Shown: positions 45,474-54,290 of the stretch, one piece after another | How positions within the stretch are numbered: the stretch's first letter is position 1 | How the letters are laid out: each line of letters begins with the position of its first letter | From: an uncultured Desulfobacterales bacterium | GTDB taxonomy: Bacteria; Desulfobacterota; Desulfobacteria; Desulfobacterales; B30-G6 | Length of the DNA stretch: 64,000 nt | Direction of reading: 5' to 3' | NCBI GenBank assembly: GCA_964633115.1 | Contig: CAZWEO010000003.1 | Coordinates: 46,137-110,136 of the forward strand | Notes under the pieces: generated by a model | Databases searched by the model: none | The model's input: only the letters and a program-made list of their open reading frames with translations | What the model was told of the DNA's origin: nothing | Translations under genes and position numbers: made by a program

Positions 45474-45779
45474 ATGCATACAGATTGGGTTTATCTAAAT
45501 CTGGAACAACGGCCGATCACTACGAGTGTCAGGGTGTCAGAAGTATTTGGCGAACTGCATTGCTCGGTCTTGGCAAAGATCGAGATGCTGGATTTTGCTT
45601 CTGAGTTTTTCCGACAAAATTTTAATGAAATACAATATTTTAATGAAGATTGGGAATTAAAAACAGCCTATGAAATGACCCGTGATGGATTTGGATTTAT
45701 CAGCATAGGTTTTACGGGGAGAGAGGCGGCCGAATATAGCTCGGCCTTTATCGATTCATTTGATAATTGTCGCAACTAG
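45474..45779 (+). CDS. Rha-family phage regulatory protein domain (orphan, 101 aa)
   Basis: PITTSVRVSEVFGELHCSVLAKIEML...YEMTRDGFGFISIGFTGREAAEYSSAFIDSF fits Phage_pRha pattern as I recall it; RBS aaggtgg. Confidence 0.6.
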   Translation: MHTDWVYLNLEQRPITTSVRVSEVFGELHCSVLAKIEMLDFASEFFRQNFNEIQYFNEDWELKTAYEMTRDGFGFISIGFTGREAAEYSSAFIDSFDNCRN

Positions 45780-45910
45780 CCCATATCCATAAGCGATGGT
45801 TCGGGTCAGCTTGTGCCCAGAGCGTGGCTCATCCTATGAACATAGTCAAAATCACTACCGTTTTGAAATTCGAACCGTAAGCAGACAGTATTTTTGATTG
45901 AACCGAAAAT

Positions 45911-45964
45911 GTGAGTGTAGAATTTTTTGTATGCTGTGAGTGTAGAATTTTTTGTATGCTGTGA
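45911..45964. repeat. 25-bp perfect tandem duplication (2.2 copies)
   Basis: gtgagtgtagaattttttgtatgct x2 followed by gtga. Confidence 0.9.
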
Positions 45965-46009
45965 TACCGGATCTGTCAAACAGATATGCTATTTTGATCT
46001 CTGTTGTGA

Positions 46010-47491
46010 TTATATGATATAATTGGCCGGCTGGATGCCCAGGGCAGCAGGATGTTGGGTCTTAATGATGTTCCATTTAAACTCACCGGTTTGGGTATCG
46101 CGATCGGTCAGATTGATTAGGTCGCCGTGTGTATATTGATTGTCTGGGCTGGGTAACAGCAGTTGGACCATCGGTCTGGACGGATCGTCATCATCCGGGC
46201 TGCGCACGGCCAGGCCCATTTCACCACTGTCCAATTGTAGCACAGTACCGATGGGGTAAACACCCAGCATATTAACAAACATTTTGAGTAATACCGGATC
46301 AAAATGCTTACCGGAATCAGCCAACATAATCCCAAGCGCCTTGTCCGGGCTCATGGAAGTGGGACGGTAAATGCGTGGCGACGTAATGGCATCATAAACA
46401 TCCACGATGGTCAAGATACGACCAAACAGGCTAATGGGCCGTTTCCGGTCCAGATTGGGATAACCGGAATGATCGAAGCGGATGTGGTGTTCAAACGGCG
46501 AAACCAGCAAATGGACTTTGCGATACTTTTCGGTTTTTAATTTTAAAATAAGCAGGGCGCTGTTCATGGAGTGCTTTTTGATTTCCTCAAATTCGGCATC
46601 GTTGAGTTTACCGCGCTTATTAAGGATCTGCTTGGGAACCTCAATCTTACCCAGGTCGTGAAACAGCCCGCACAGACCCAGTTTTTCGAGAGTTTGCCGC
46701 TGCATGCCGATGCGTTTCCCCAACGCCATGGCTAGCAGCGCCACGTTGAGCGAGTGTGTATAGGTATAATCATCATACATCCGGATGGTGCTGAGGGCGA
46801 AAAAGGTGGTATCGTCTTCGGTGATGATATCAACCATGCGTTGCACCATGCGGAGCGATTTGCGAATACTTGCATCTTTATTGGTGAGTAGTTTATCGGC
46901 GACTTCCTTCACAGAGCTTAACGCAAAGTGATAGGTTTTTTTGGCGGCTTCTTTTTTACCCTGGGTTGCATCCCCAATTCCGATTCGGGTTAGCAGTGGT
47001 TCTTCCCGTCGTGTATGGTCGGATTCCTTAATCGCAATCAGCCAGTGGATGTCTTTTCTGGCTAACTCTTGTGTGAACCAATCATAAGGATTCGCTTGCT
47101 TGGCGCTCTGGTGGAGAAGCCGGACGAAGGTCGTAATTTCAGGGATGGTAATTGCTTCTAAATCGCTGTCAAAATGGAATCCATAAATTTGCCGCGTTTT
47201 GAGATATCTAAGGATTCGGTTAAAAAGTTGGGCATCTTTTCGATAGAGGGGTACTTTCTGTTCCTGAAGATAAAAGCGTCCGTTATGAATTTGAAGCGAG
47301 ACATGCCCACCACCATTGCCCGATTTTTGGATACTCTGCTGAAAGGTCTTTACCGTACTTGCCACCAATTTGTTATTATCATCATATAGTTTGGCAATTT
47401 GGATTAACCTGGATAGTGCTCGCAGGATGTCGCCGGCGGGTTGTAACGTTTTTTTTGCGTTGCTATTGGCGGTTGGCGGTTTCATTCTCAT
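46010..47491 (-). CDS. HD-GYP domain protein (putative c-di-GMP phosphodiesterase)
   Basis: HSLNVALLAMALG, FHDLGKIEVPKQILNKRGKLNDAEFEEIKKH, EHHIRFDHSGYPN, IVDVYDAITSPRIYR. Confidence 0.9.
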   Translation of the reverse strand: MRMKPPTANSNAKKTLQPAGDILRALSRLIQIAKLYDDNNKLVASTVKTFQQSIQKSGNGGGHVSLQIHNGRFYLQEQKVPLYRKDAQLFNRILRYLKTRQIYGFHFDSDLEAITIPEITTFVRLLHQSAKQANPYDWFTQELARKDIHWLIAIKESDHTRREEPLLTRIGIGDATQGKKEAAKKTYHFALSSVKEVADKLLTNKDASIRKSLRMVQRMVDIITEDDTTFFALSTIRMYDDYTYTHSLNVALLAMALGKRIGMQRQTLEKLGLCGLFHDLGKIEVPKQILNKRGKLNDAEFEEIKKHSMNSALLILKLKTEKYRKVHLLVSPFEHHIRFDHSGYPNLDRKRPISLFGRILTIVDVYDAITSPRIYRPTSMSPDKALGIMLADSGKHFDPVLLKMFVNMLGVYPIGTVLQLDSGEMGLAVRSPDDDDPSRPMVQLLLPSPDNQYTHGDLINLTDRDTQTGEFKWNIIKTQHPAALGIQPANYII

Positions 47492-49286
47492 ACTTGTCTT
47501 CTGTTTCGGAAAAATAAGCTGGATTGATATACGATCGTTCTTGCTTGGATGTTTTTTTGATTAGCGTCTCAGCTTTGACTGTTTTCAATTCTATAAGTGC
47601 CTGCATGGCTACTTGGCGGTTCAAGGCGTTTTGGGATCTCAAAAGGCTAAACCCCGGCAAAATATACATATGTTTTTTAAGAAAAGGGATGGACGCATCG
47701 GAACCACACTTGCCCAGGGCCTGGTAGACCTGGAAAAGAATTTGTTTGTTACTGGATCGAATACGTTGGGTCTTAAGATAGTCCCGCAGCAATTTTTCGG
47801 TATTGCAATCACGGTGCTTACCGGCATATCTCAGAAAAAGCTGTCGAATTGATTCATTGGGATCCGCTAGTAGATTACCCAGTTCGGAAATAGCCTTGGG
47901 GCTCCGACGAAATAGTGATTTCAAGGCGGTTTCACGAACAGCAGCGGAAGTGTGGTTGATCAGCATTTGCAAATCTGTTAACGACCCGTCATTTTGCATA
48001 AATCCCATTACATGGGCCAGCCAAACCATCAATTCGATGTCGCTCGATTGCAAAAGATCCTTGAAAGGTTGGTAATCCCTTTCCGCCTGTATACCGATGA
48101 CCGTCATCAGCAATTTGCGCGTTTTTTTGGATTGCGCTTCCAGGAGCATTGGCCCCAGCGCTACTACTATATCCGCATTAAGCAACAGAAGGGCCCGTTT
48201 CAAATGGCCAAGATTCTCGACGTTACAGGCAGAGATATTCTGCCAATCGCCGGCCAATACACCCAGAAAGCCATTTTTGGAAAGCGATCCAAAAAGATCC
48301 GCCAGCATGGGGGCAGACCAATGGTTTTCTGATTTGGGTGAATACAAAGAATTATTTAATTTTTGTAGTGTGTTATAAACGCTCTCATACGCGTAATTTT
48401 TTAGGGCATCTTTAAGTTCTTGGATTAGAAAGGCCATAACTTTGCTGAAATCATCGGGCTGCCTTTGCTGGTGGAGGATGTAAAACAGAATATACAACAC
48501 ATATTCGATGCGCTCCCATTTTTCTTCTTCAAGCAGCAGATCTTGGATATAGTCACGATCTTCGTTAGTAATCTCCACCAGATTCCAGTCAAAGGCTGGC
48601 CGAAGATTCAGGTCAATCGGAAGTGGTAGTACGCCATCGACTGAGGCTGCGCCGGTTGAATCGGCATCATTGCTTGCACTAGTCTCTCCATCCTCCGCGG
48701 CTCCATAATCTCCATCATTTTCTCCACCAAATTCCCCATCATATACCTCACCATCAACTACACCACCCAATTCGGGAATGGAAAAATCTGCACCTGTATC
48801 AAAACCGACATCTTCGGCCTCATAGCCTAAATGGGGCAGCTCCATCTCCCAAAGGGCGGTAACAATATCATTTTCGGCATCTTCGGTTAGGATTTGATGC
48901 TTTTGTAGAACCTCCAAAAATTGATACACTTCCCACTGTTCGATGGCCGGCTGAAACTCCAGGAGATAAATCCCATCACGGAATAAGATAAAAGCCAGGT
49001 TTTCCTCACTCAGAGGGCCTGCGTGAACCTCCTCTTCCTGGTGATGAATTTTTTTCTGATCAATCCGGTATTGAAGCGTTCCATATAGTTGCAGGTACTG
49101 ATTCAATTCCTGTATCAACTTATTCACTGCGGTTTGAAAAATAACATGATCCTGAGGGTATAACAGAATTTTTTTAAAGGCACTGTTGAAGGCAACCATA
49201 ACCTGGTGGGCCAATGATTGACTTTCAGGATCGCGTCTTTTCGATTGTGGTGTCGTTGCCTGAATGTTGGTTTTTGCTTGGGGCAT
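47463..49286 (-). CDS. HEAT/ARM-like repeat protein with acidic Gly/Asp linker
   Basis: 607 aa; helical repeats in C-half (AAVRETALKSL, DPNESIRQLFLRYAG), GGVVDGEVYDGEFGGENDGDYGAAEDGE linker; 29-nt overlap with downstream HD-GYP gene. Confidence 0.6.
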   Translation of the reverse strand: MPQAKTNIQATTPQSKRRDPESQSLAHQVMVAFNSAFKKILLYPQDHVIFQTAVNKLIQELNQYLQLYGTLQYRIDQKKIHHQEEEVHAGPLSEENLAFILFRDGIYLLEFQPAIEQWEVYQFLEVLQKHQILTEDAENDIVTALWEMELPHLGYEAEDVGFDTGADFSIPELGGVVDGEVYDGEFGGENDGDYGAAEDGETSASNDADSTGAASVDGVLPLPIDLNLRPAFDWNLVEITNEDRDYIQDLLLEEEKWERIEYVLYILFYILHQQRQPDDFSKVMAFLIQELKDALKNYAYESVYNTLQKLNNSLYSPKSENHWSAPMLADLFGSLSKNGFLGVLAGDWQNISACNVENLGHLKRALLLLNADIVVALGPMLLEAQSKKTRKLLMTVIGIQAERDYQPFKDLLQSSDIELMVWLAHVMGFMQNDGSLTDLQMLINHTSAAVRETALKSLFRRSPKAISELGNLLADPNESIRQLFLRYAGKHRDCNTEKLLRDYLKTQRIRSSNKQILFQVYQALGKCGSDASIPFLKKHMYILPGFSLLRSQNALNRQVAMQALIELKTVKAETLIKKTSKQERSYINPAYFSETEDKYENETANRQ

Positions 49287-49373
49287 AGATGTCAGTTGTA
49301 ACCGGGTATTTTAAGAAAGCCACGGGTTTACCCATGGCGGTCCAATGCTGTCTGCTGTAACACCTGGATTTAA

Positions 49374-49389
49374 AGCAGGTATCATGCCA
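49374..49389 (-). promoter_or_regulatory. Sigma-54 (-24/-12) promoter for HEAT/HD-GYP operon
   Basis: Minus strand reads TGGCAT-gatac-CTGCT; about 88 nt upstream of ATG 49286. Confidence 0.65.
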
Positions 49390-49782
49390 AACATATGGCT
49401 TAAAAACGAAGACCATCTAGCGCATATGGAAAATTGATAAATTCCAAGAATACCTGGCCTTGCAGGCAAGCTAGAATAATCTAAGAGTTGTTTTTTTGAA
49501 ATTTTGCGTTTATGTCTTTCCGGAATTCAGATGAATTTTGACGATATTTTGACGGATGGTGTCAAATAAAGAAATCGCTCGAATCGGACTTATTCGGATC
49601 CAGAGGACCCGGTTTTCGCCCGATTCATGTGCTTCAGTCATTGCGTTTCCAAGCCACCGCGATTTCTTATTAACTTTCCAGGCAAGAGGCGATAAACTGT
49701 GCTTATCGCCGACAATAATCCAGAGAGTAGTTCTCTGGACACGTATGCTGGAAAGTCATCAATAGAGTGGGGAGGAATAGGG

Positions 49783-51036
49783 ATGAAGGCCGAAATACTT
49801 GCAACCGGTGATGAGATACGTTCAGGTGCACTCGTGGACTCAAATTCAGCCTATATTGCCGAAAGACTGGAGTCCATAGGCATCGCAGTCAACCGCCATA
49901 TCTGCGTGGGTGATGAACTGGATACGCTGGTGGCAACATTTAAAGAGATTGCCAACAGTGCCGATATTTGTGTGGCCACCGGGGGGTTGGGACCCACCAG
50001 CGATGACTTGACGGCTGAAGCGGCTGCCAAGGCTGTTGGGCAGCCCCAGGATTTGGATCCGCGTGCGCTGGCTGATATTGAACGTTTTTTCAAGGAGCGC
50101 CAGCGCAAGATGACCGATTCCAATAAAAAGCAGGCCATGTTGCCGCGCACCGCGCAGGCCATGTACAATCCCATTGGAACGGCACCAGGCTTCAGTTTGC
50201 AGATCGGAAAATGCCGCTTTTTCTTTTTGCCGGGCGTGCCTCCCGAAATGAAGCGCATACTATCCCAGGACGTATTGCCCAGAATCCAAAAAATGCCAGG
50301 TGCTACCCAGGGCCATTGTCTGGTTCGATCAATTTCAACCTTTGGATTGACGGAATCGGTTACAGGTGACTTGGTGGCTGATTTGATCCATGATTTTCCG
50401 GAAATCAAACTTGGTCTGCGGGCCAAATTTCCCGAGATTCATGTGAAGCTTTATTTAAACGGAGAAGACTTGGCATTGATGCAAGACAGGCTGGCGGCCG
50501 CTGCCCAGTGGGTTCTAAAGCGGCTGGGCAGCCATGTGCTATCCTCCCAAGGTGAATCCATGCAGGCGGTGGTCGGTGAGTTATTGCGGCAGCATCAAGC
50601 GACGCTGGCAGTGGCCGAGAGTTGCACGGGTGGACGTATTGCCAATTGGCTTACGGATGTTCCCGGTAGTTCCGACTATTTTATATTTTCAGGTGTAACC
50701 TATGCCAATACCGCCAAGACCAACATTTTGGGTGTTTCCCCAGAGCTGTTGGATCAACATGGTGCTGTCCACGAAGAAACAGCCAAAGCCATGGCAGCGG
50801 GTGCACGGCATGTATCTCAAGCAACCTATGGTCTGGCTACAACCGGTATTGCCGGCCCAGGCGGCGGGTCCCCAGAAAAGCCCGTGGGAACCGTCTGCGT
50901 TGCCTTGGCCACGCCAGAGCAAGTTGTGGTACGGCAACTCTTTTTTCCCTTTGGTAAGCGCGGTATGAACAAAACCATTTTTGCCATGGCGGCGCTGGAT
51001 ATGTTGCGGAAGGAGTTGTTAGAACAACAGGGTTAA
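49783..51036 (+). CDS. cinA: CinA-family protein (MoCF-like domain + nicotinamide-nucleotide amidase domain)
   Basis: MKAEILATGDEIRSGALVDSNSAYIAERL, TGGLGPTSDDLT, C-terminal AVAESCTGGRIANWLTDVPGSS; ATG 49783 after ggggagg RBS. Confidence 0.9.
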   Translation: MKAEILATGDEIRSGALVDSNSAYIAERLESIGIAVNRHICVGDELDTLVATFKEIANSADICVATGGLGPTSDDLTAEAAAKAVGQPQDLDPRALADIERFFKERQRKMTDSNKKQAMLPRTAQAMYNPIGTAPGFSLQIGKCRFFFLPGVPPEMKRILSQDVLPRIQKMPGATQGHCLVRSISTFGLTESVTGDLVADLIHDFPEIKLGLRAKFPEIHVKLYLNGEDLALMQDRLAAAAQWVLKRLGSHVLSSQGESMQAVVGELLRQHQATLAVAESCTGGRIANWLTDVPGSSDYFIFSGVTYANTAKTNILGVSPELLDQHGAVHEETAKAMAAGARHVSQATYGLATTGIAGPGGGSPEKPVGTVCVALATPEQVVVRQLFFPFGKRGMNKTIFAMAALDMLRKELLEQQG

Positions 51037-51123
51037 GGTTTGGAGGGACTACGGGTAACGGGTTGCGAGTTACGAGTTGCCAAAAGCGTTCGACAACACG
51101 CAACCCGAAACAAGGTATACACG

Positions 51124-51966
51124 ATGGCATTAATTTTAATAATTATATTTGGTATAATCGGCACTTATCTCCTTATCACTCTTTTGCTATCCTTTGTCGT
51201 TCAGCGCTTTCCACGAGACCCGGTCGATGACAAACCTGACTGGGGCAAGGTAACCGATACCAAAATAGCGGCTCGAGACGGCGGCCAGCTTGAAGTTTGG
51301 CGGGTGGAGCCAGACGGACCATCGCGCGGTACGATTGTTTTTGCCCATGGTTGGGGACGTAACCGTGATCGCATGGTTCCCAGGGCCCGAATATTCGCCG
51401 GGATGGGATTCACGACCGTGATGCACAGTGCTCGCGATCATGGTGGTTCCAGCCCAGTGTGCCAGGTCAATGCGGTTATGTTTGCCCAGGATATTCAAAG
51501 TGTAATTGATTGGATCGATGAACCCGTACTTTTATACGGCCATTCGGCCGGTGCAGCTGGCGCTATTATTGCTGCTCATGAGAATCAGGACATGATCAGA
51601 CTGCTTTATCTTGAAGCCAGCTATGCTGACACCAAGACCGGCCTTTTGAGCCTATATAAGTGGGCCAACTGGTTCTTTGGAACCTTTTTCGGCCCCATGA
51701 TCATTTTTTGGTGGGATCTTTTTTATCGTGGGGCCATGGACCGTTACAGCCCCATCAATTTGGCTCCAGATTTGAAAATGCCGGTCATGATAATTCACGG
51801 CGAAAAAGATCAACGTTTCCCTTCGGAGTTTGCCCATACCTTACGGCAGGGATTTGGGCACGCTAACGTGGATATGTATATCGCTCCAGGTGCCAGTCAT
51901 AGCAATTCAAGCCTCACCCCAGGGTATGCCGCCGCCGTAAAAGCATTTATTGATCGTTATCTATAA
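51124..51966 (+). CDS. Membrane-anchored alpha/beta hydrolase
   Basis: N-terminal TM, FAHGWGRNRD, nucleophile elbow GHSAG, IIHGEKDQRFP; ORF-track extension from 51040 runs through a repeat. Confidence 0.75.
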   Translation: MALILIIIFGIIGTYLLITLLLSFVVQRFPRDPVDDKPDWGKVTDTKIAARDGGQLEVWRVEPDGPSRGTIVFAHGWGRNRDRMVPRARIFAGMGFTTVMHSARDHGGSSPVCQVNAVMFAQDIQSVIDWIDEPVLLYGHSAGAAGAIIAAHENQDMIRLLYLEASYADTKTGLLSLYKWANWFFGTFFGPMIIFWWDLFYRGAMDRYSPINLAPDLKMPVMIIHGEKDQRFPSEFAHTLRQGFGHANVDMYIAPGASHSNSSLTPGYAAAVKAFIDRYL

Positions 51967-51989
51967 TGCCCACCAGCATAACTCCCTTC

Positions 51990-52020
51990 ATCAGCCACCG
52001 GTGGTCGCTGATTTGAATGT
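51990..52020 (+). terminator. Putative terminator after hydrolase gene
   Basis: atcagccacc/ggtgg(tc)gctgat hairpin around the ccaccggtgg palindrome, then ttgaatgtttt. Confidence 0.45.
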
Positions 52021-52065
52021 TTTAAGGATATCGGATATCATTTGTGATGGTCACGGCAAAGGTAG

Positions 52066-52542
52066 TTGGTGTGGATATCTGTTCACTCTGGTTGCTGGAC
52101 GGTGAGGGCGATAACCGCCACATTTGACTTAAAGCGACCCAGGCCTATCGCTGGATCCAGAAACGGAGTATGGATTCGCGTAAATCCATCCGGCATGTGG
52201 CTGAGGCCGTCCTGCTTTCCGACGAGCTCTAATGCGCATAATCAGAAGGCTTTCAAGGACGGTTCCACCAAAGAAGAAATCTTTGTCAACTATCGTAAAT
52301 TAAAGAAAACCTACGGAAAGGACCTGGATAGCATGCCCCTGGGCGCCGTCGGCATCTACAGTGCCTCGGAGAAACTGCGGGTCGGCTTGCAGCAGCTCAT
52401 GGCCGGTTCCAGAAAATTGGGCACCCATCTTATTACGCGCGACGACTTGGTGAGCTTGACAGAAGAGGCTGCCAAGGTCACCAAGATCCCGTACATTATG
52501 GATTCGTATCGCGAGGAAGCCTTAGCCATTATCGATGCTTAA
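52066..52542 (+). CDS. Hypothetical protein or gene remnant (only C-terminal ~100 aa look protein-like)
   Basis: No clear start/RBS; C-part KEEIFVNYRKLKKTYGKDLDS...LITRDDLVSLTEEAAKVTKIPYIMDSYREEALAIIDA not recognised. Confidence 0.3.
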   Translation: MVWISVHSGCWTVRAITATFDLKRPRPIAGSRNGVWIRVNPSGMWLRPSCFPTSSNAHNQKAFKDGSTKEEIFVNYRKLKKTYGKDLDSMPLGAVGIYSASEKLRVGLQQLMAGSRKLGTHLITRDDLVSLTEEAAKVTKIPYIMDSYREEALAIIDA

Positions 52543-52830
52543 CAGTGGCATCTAACCCGTAATCACCGGGGCGCTGGATCGTCTGTTGTTGTTTAACATG
52601 CCTACCACCCCCGGTTTTTTGCGGTCATATCGATCTTCGATTTAGAAGCCCAATAGACTTCTAACTTGTAGTAATATTCCGGCATTCAATTTAGCCCGCA
52701 GCAACCTAATAGCCTAACAGACTTCAGCCTAACAGCCTAAAGTATAGCTTACATTTCTCACAAACATGAGTGGTTCAGGAACAAGGCATTTCAATCCGAT
52801 GACGTAGTTCTTTACCTTGAGAATGGCAGG

Positions 52831-54057
52831 CTAAAGGTTTTTAGCATGGGCCAACATATTCTTATTTATGGCAATACCCAGATCGGGTTGAACAAGATCA
52901 TGATGTTTTTCAACAAACGGCAGGTAAACTAAAATATAGCTTCTGGGTTTAACTTGGATGTCCGCTAGGATGGTTTCGATCTTACTTCTTGGCTTGATGA
53001 TACCAGCCAGAACCAATTTCAGACTCTCGATTCCTTCGGTCAGGGGTAGGTTGACCTGATGCAAATTGCCTTTGGGAACACCGGTTTGAAATGGACCAGT
53101 GGGTTGCGAAACAGTGAGGTTTTGGGAAAGCCTCAGCAAAAATTGGGGTCTTATTTTAAAAGCCGGACTCCAGAAGTGGAAGGGTGCCTCTGCAAATCCA
53201 GGTGGCACAACTTTGGGAAGATTGGCCTCACGCACGAGGTCGGTATAGGTTGCCAGCTTTAATCCCATTATATCTGCCTTGAAGCGCCAAAAAGGCATGT
53301 AGCGTTGCGGTTCGCCGGGTCCTGGCATGTATGCGGCGCTCAACTTTGAGAATCCGCGATCTTCTGGTTGATAGACCGAGGCACAGTTGGTGCAATGTAG
53401 CACCAATGAATCACGCTGTCCTTCTAAGTCCCAACCGCAATAGGGGCAAAGCGTGGCTAAAAAATGGATGCCACTACTGGGCTTTGCCTCGGGAAGGCTA
53501 TGAAGATTTAGATCGTAGGTTCGCTCCGGTGAGATAGGCTCATTGAGGACCCCGTCATAAAGGTATTTATCCACATAAAAGGGCGCGTAAATCATACTGA
53601 CGGTGTCACCGATAAAGGCCTGATGAATTATGTTGCGGGAACCCCTTGGTTTGTAGCGCTGGCGTAGTGTCTGCGTGACGGTCTCGAGCGGAAGGTTATG
53701 TTGCAGATAGCGCGCAGGTGGTGCCTGCCGCGAAAATTTCAATTTAAGCACCTGGCTGCGAAAACCGAGCGTATTGGGAAAAAGATGTGATTGGATCGCT
53801 TGCAAACTGACGTCCACAAACTGATGCTGAATTTTTCTGGGAACACATGAAAACAGCATGCCTTTAAAACGCCAGTAAGGCAAAAAGACCAGGTGTTGGT
53901 GGGCGGGAATTTTATCCGGCAACTCGTATCGAAAGTAGCGTTTGGTCTGGAGATAGGACTTCACGCGACAAAACTCGCAGGTGAAAAGCCGATCGGTTTC
54001 TTCTAAAAGGGCCGGCGCGCCACACTGGGGGCATTGGTAGTCGATTTGGAATTGAAT
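52831..54057 (-). CDS. Double zinc-ribbon protein with internal duplication (YdjG-like, tentative); probable ATT start
   Basis: Reading frame stays open 31 codons upstream of ORF-track GTG 53964 and encodes CPQC-x15-CEFC; second module CPYC-x15-CTNC; each followed by (Y/L)(M/P)(P/Y)(F)WRFK; AGGAG 6 nt before ATT 54057, in-frame TAG just upstream. Confidence 0.65.
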   Translation of the reverse strand: MQFQIDYQCPQCGAPALLEETDRLFTCEFCRVKSYLQTKRYFRYELPDKIPAHQHLVFLPYWRFKGMLFSCVPRKIQHQFVDVSLQAIQSHLFPNTLGFRSQVLKLKFSRQAPPARYLQHNLPLETVTQTLRQRYKPRGSRNIIHQAFIGDTVSMIYAPFYVDKYLYDGVLNEPISPERTYDLNLHSLPEAKPSSGIHFLATLCPYCGWDLEGQRDSLVLHCTNCASVYQPEDRGFSKLSAAYMPGPGEPQRYMPFWRFKADIMGLKLATYTDLVREANLPKVVPPGFAEAPFHFWSPAFKIRPQFLLRLSQNLTVSQPTGPFQTGVPKGNLHQVNLPLTEGIESLKLVLAGIIKPRSKIETILADIQVKPRSYILVYLPFVEKHHDLVQPDLGIAINKNMLAHAKNL

Positions 54058-54142
54058 AGTAAGCTCCTACGGTTTTATAATAAGCTCAAGAGACATTGAA
54101 TAACTTCATATAGCAAGTACATCAACCAACATAAACTCTGAG

Positions 54143-54290
54143 TAATTACGCTTCGCTGTCATTGATAGTAATTTGCTTCGCGTTAATGATCGTAGCTGAT
54201 AGCCAGACGCCACAATAAATGACGCGCGAAGCGCTAATGTCGTCCGTAGGACAAATAACGCCCGAAGGGTAAATGACAGCCGTAGGCGTT
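54143..54290. repeat. Array of about 18-nt units each carrying a GC-clamped mini-hairpin (UNCG type on the mRNA strand)
   Basis: Minus strand after stop: cgcctacggctgtcattt / acccttcgggcgttattt / gtcctacggacgacatta / gcgcttcgcgcgtcattta, then inverted units containing gcgaagc. Confidence 0.85.

Noticed and set aside
45911-45964. Possible CRISPR array (25-bp direct repeats); also considered for the 54143-54290 array
   Set aside because: The repeats are directly adjacent with no spacers, there are only 2-7 units, the units are too short or degenerate, and no cas genes lie nearby.
45272-46009. Prophage or integrative element around the Rha-family gene
   Set aside because: I could find no integrase, recombinase, tRNA or att-like flanking direct repeats, and only one phage-related domain. 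The evidence is insufficient for a mobile_element call.
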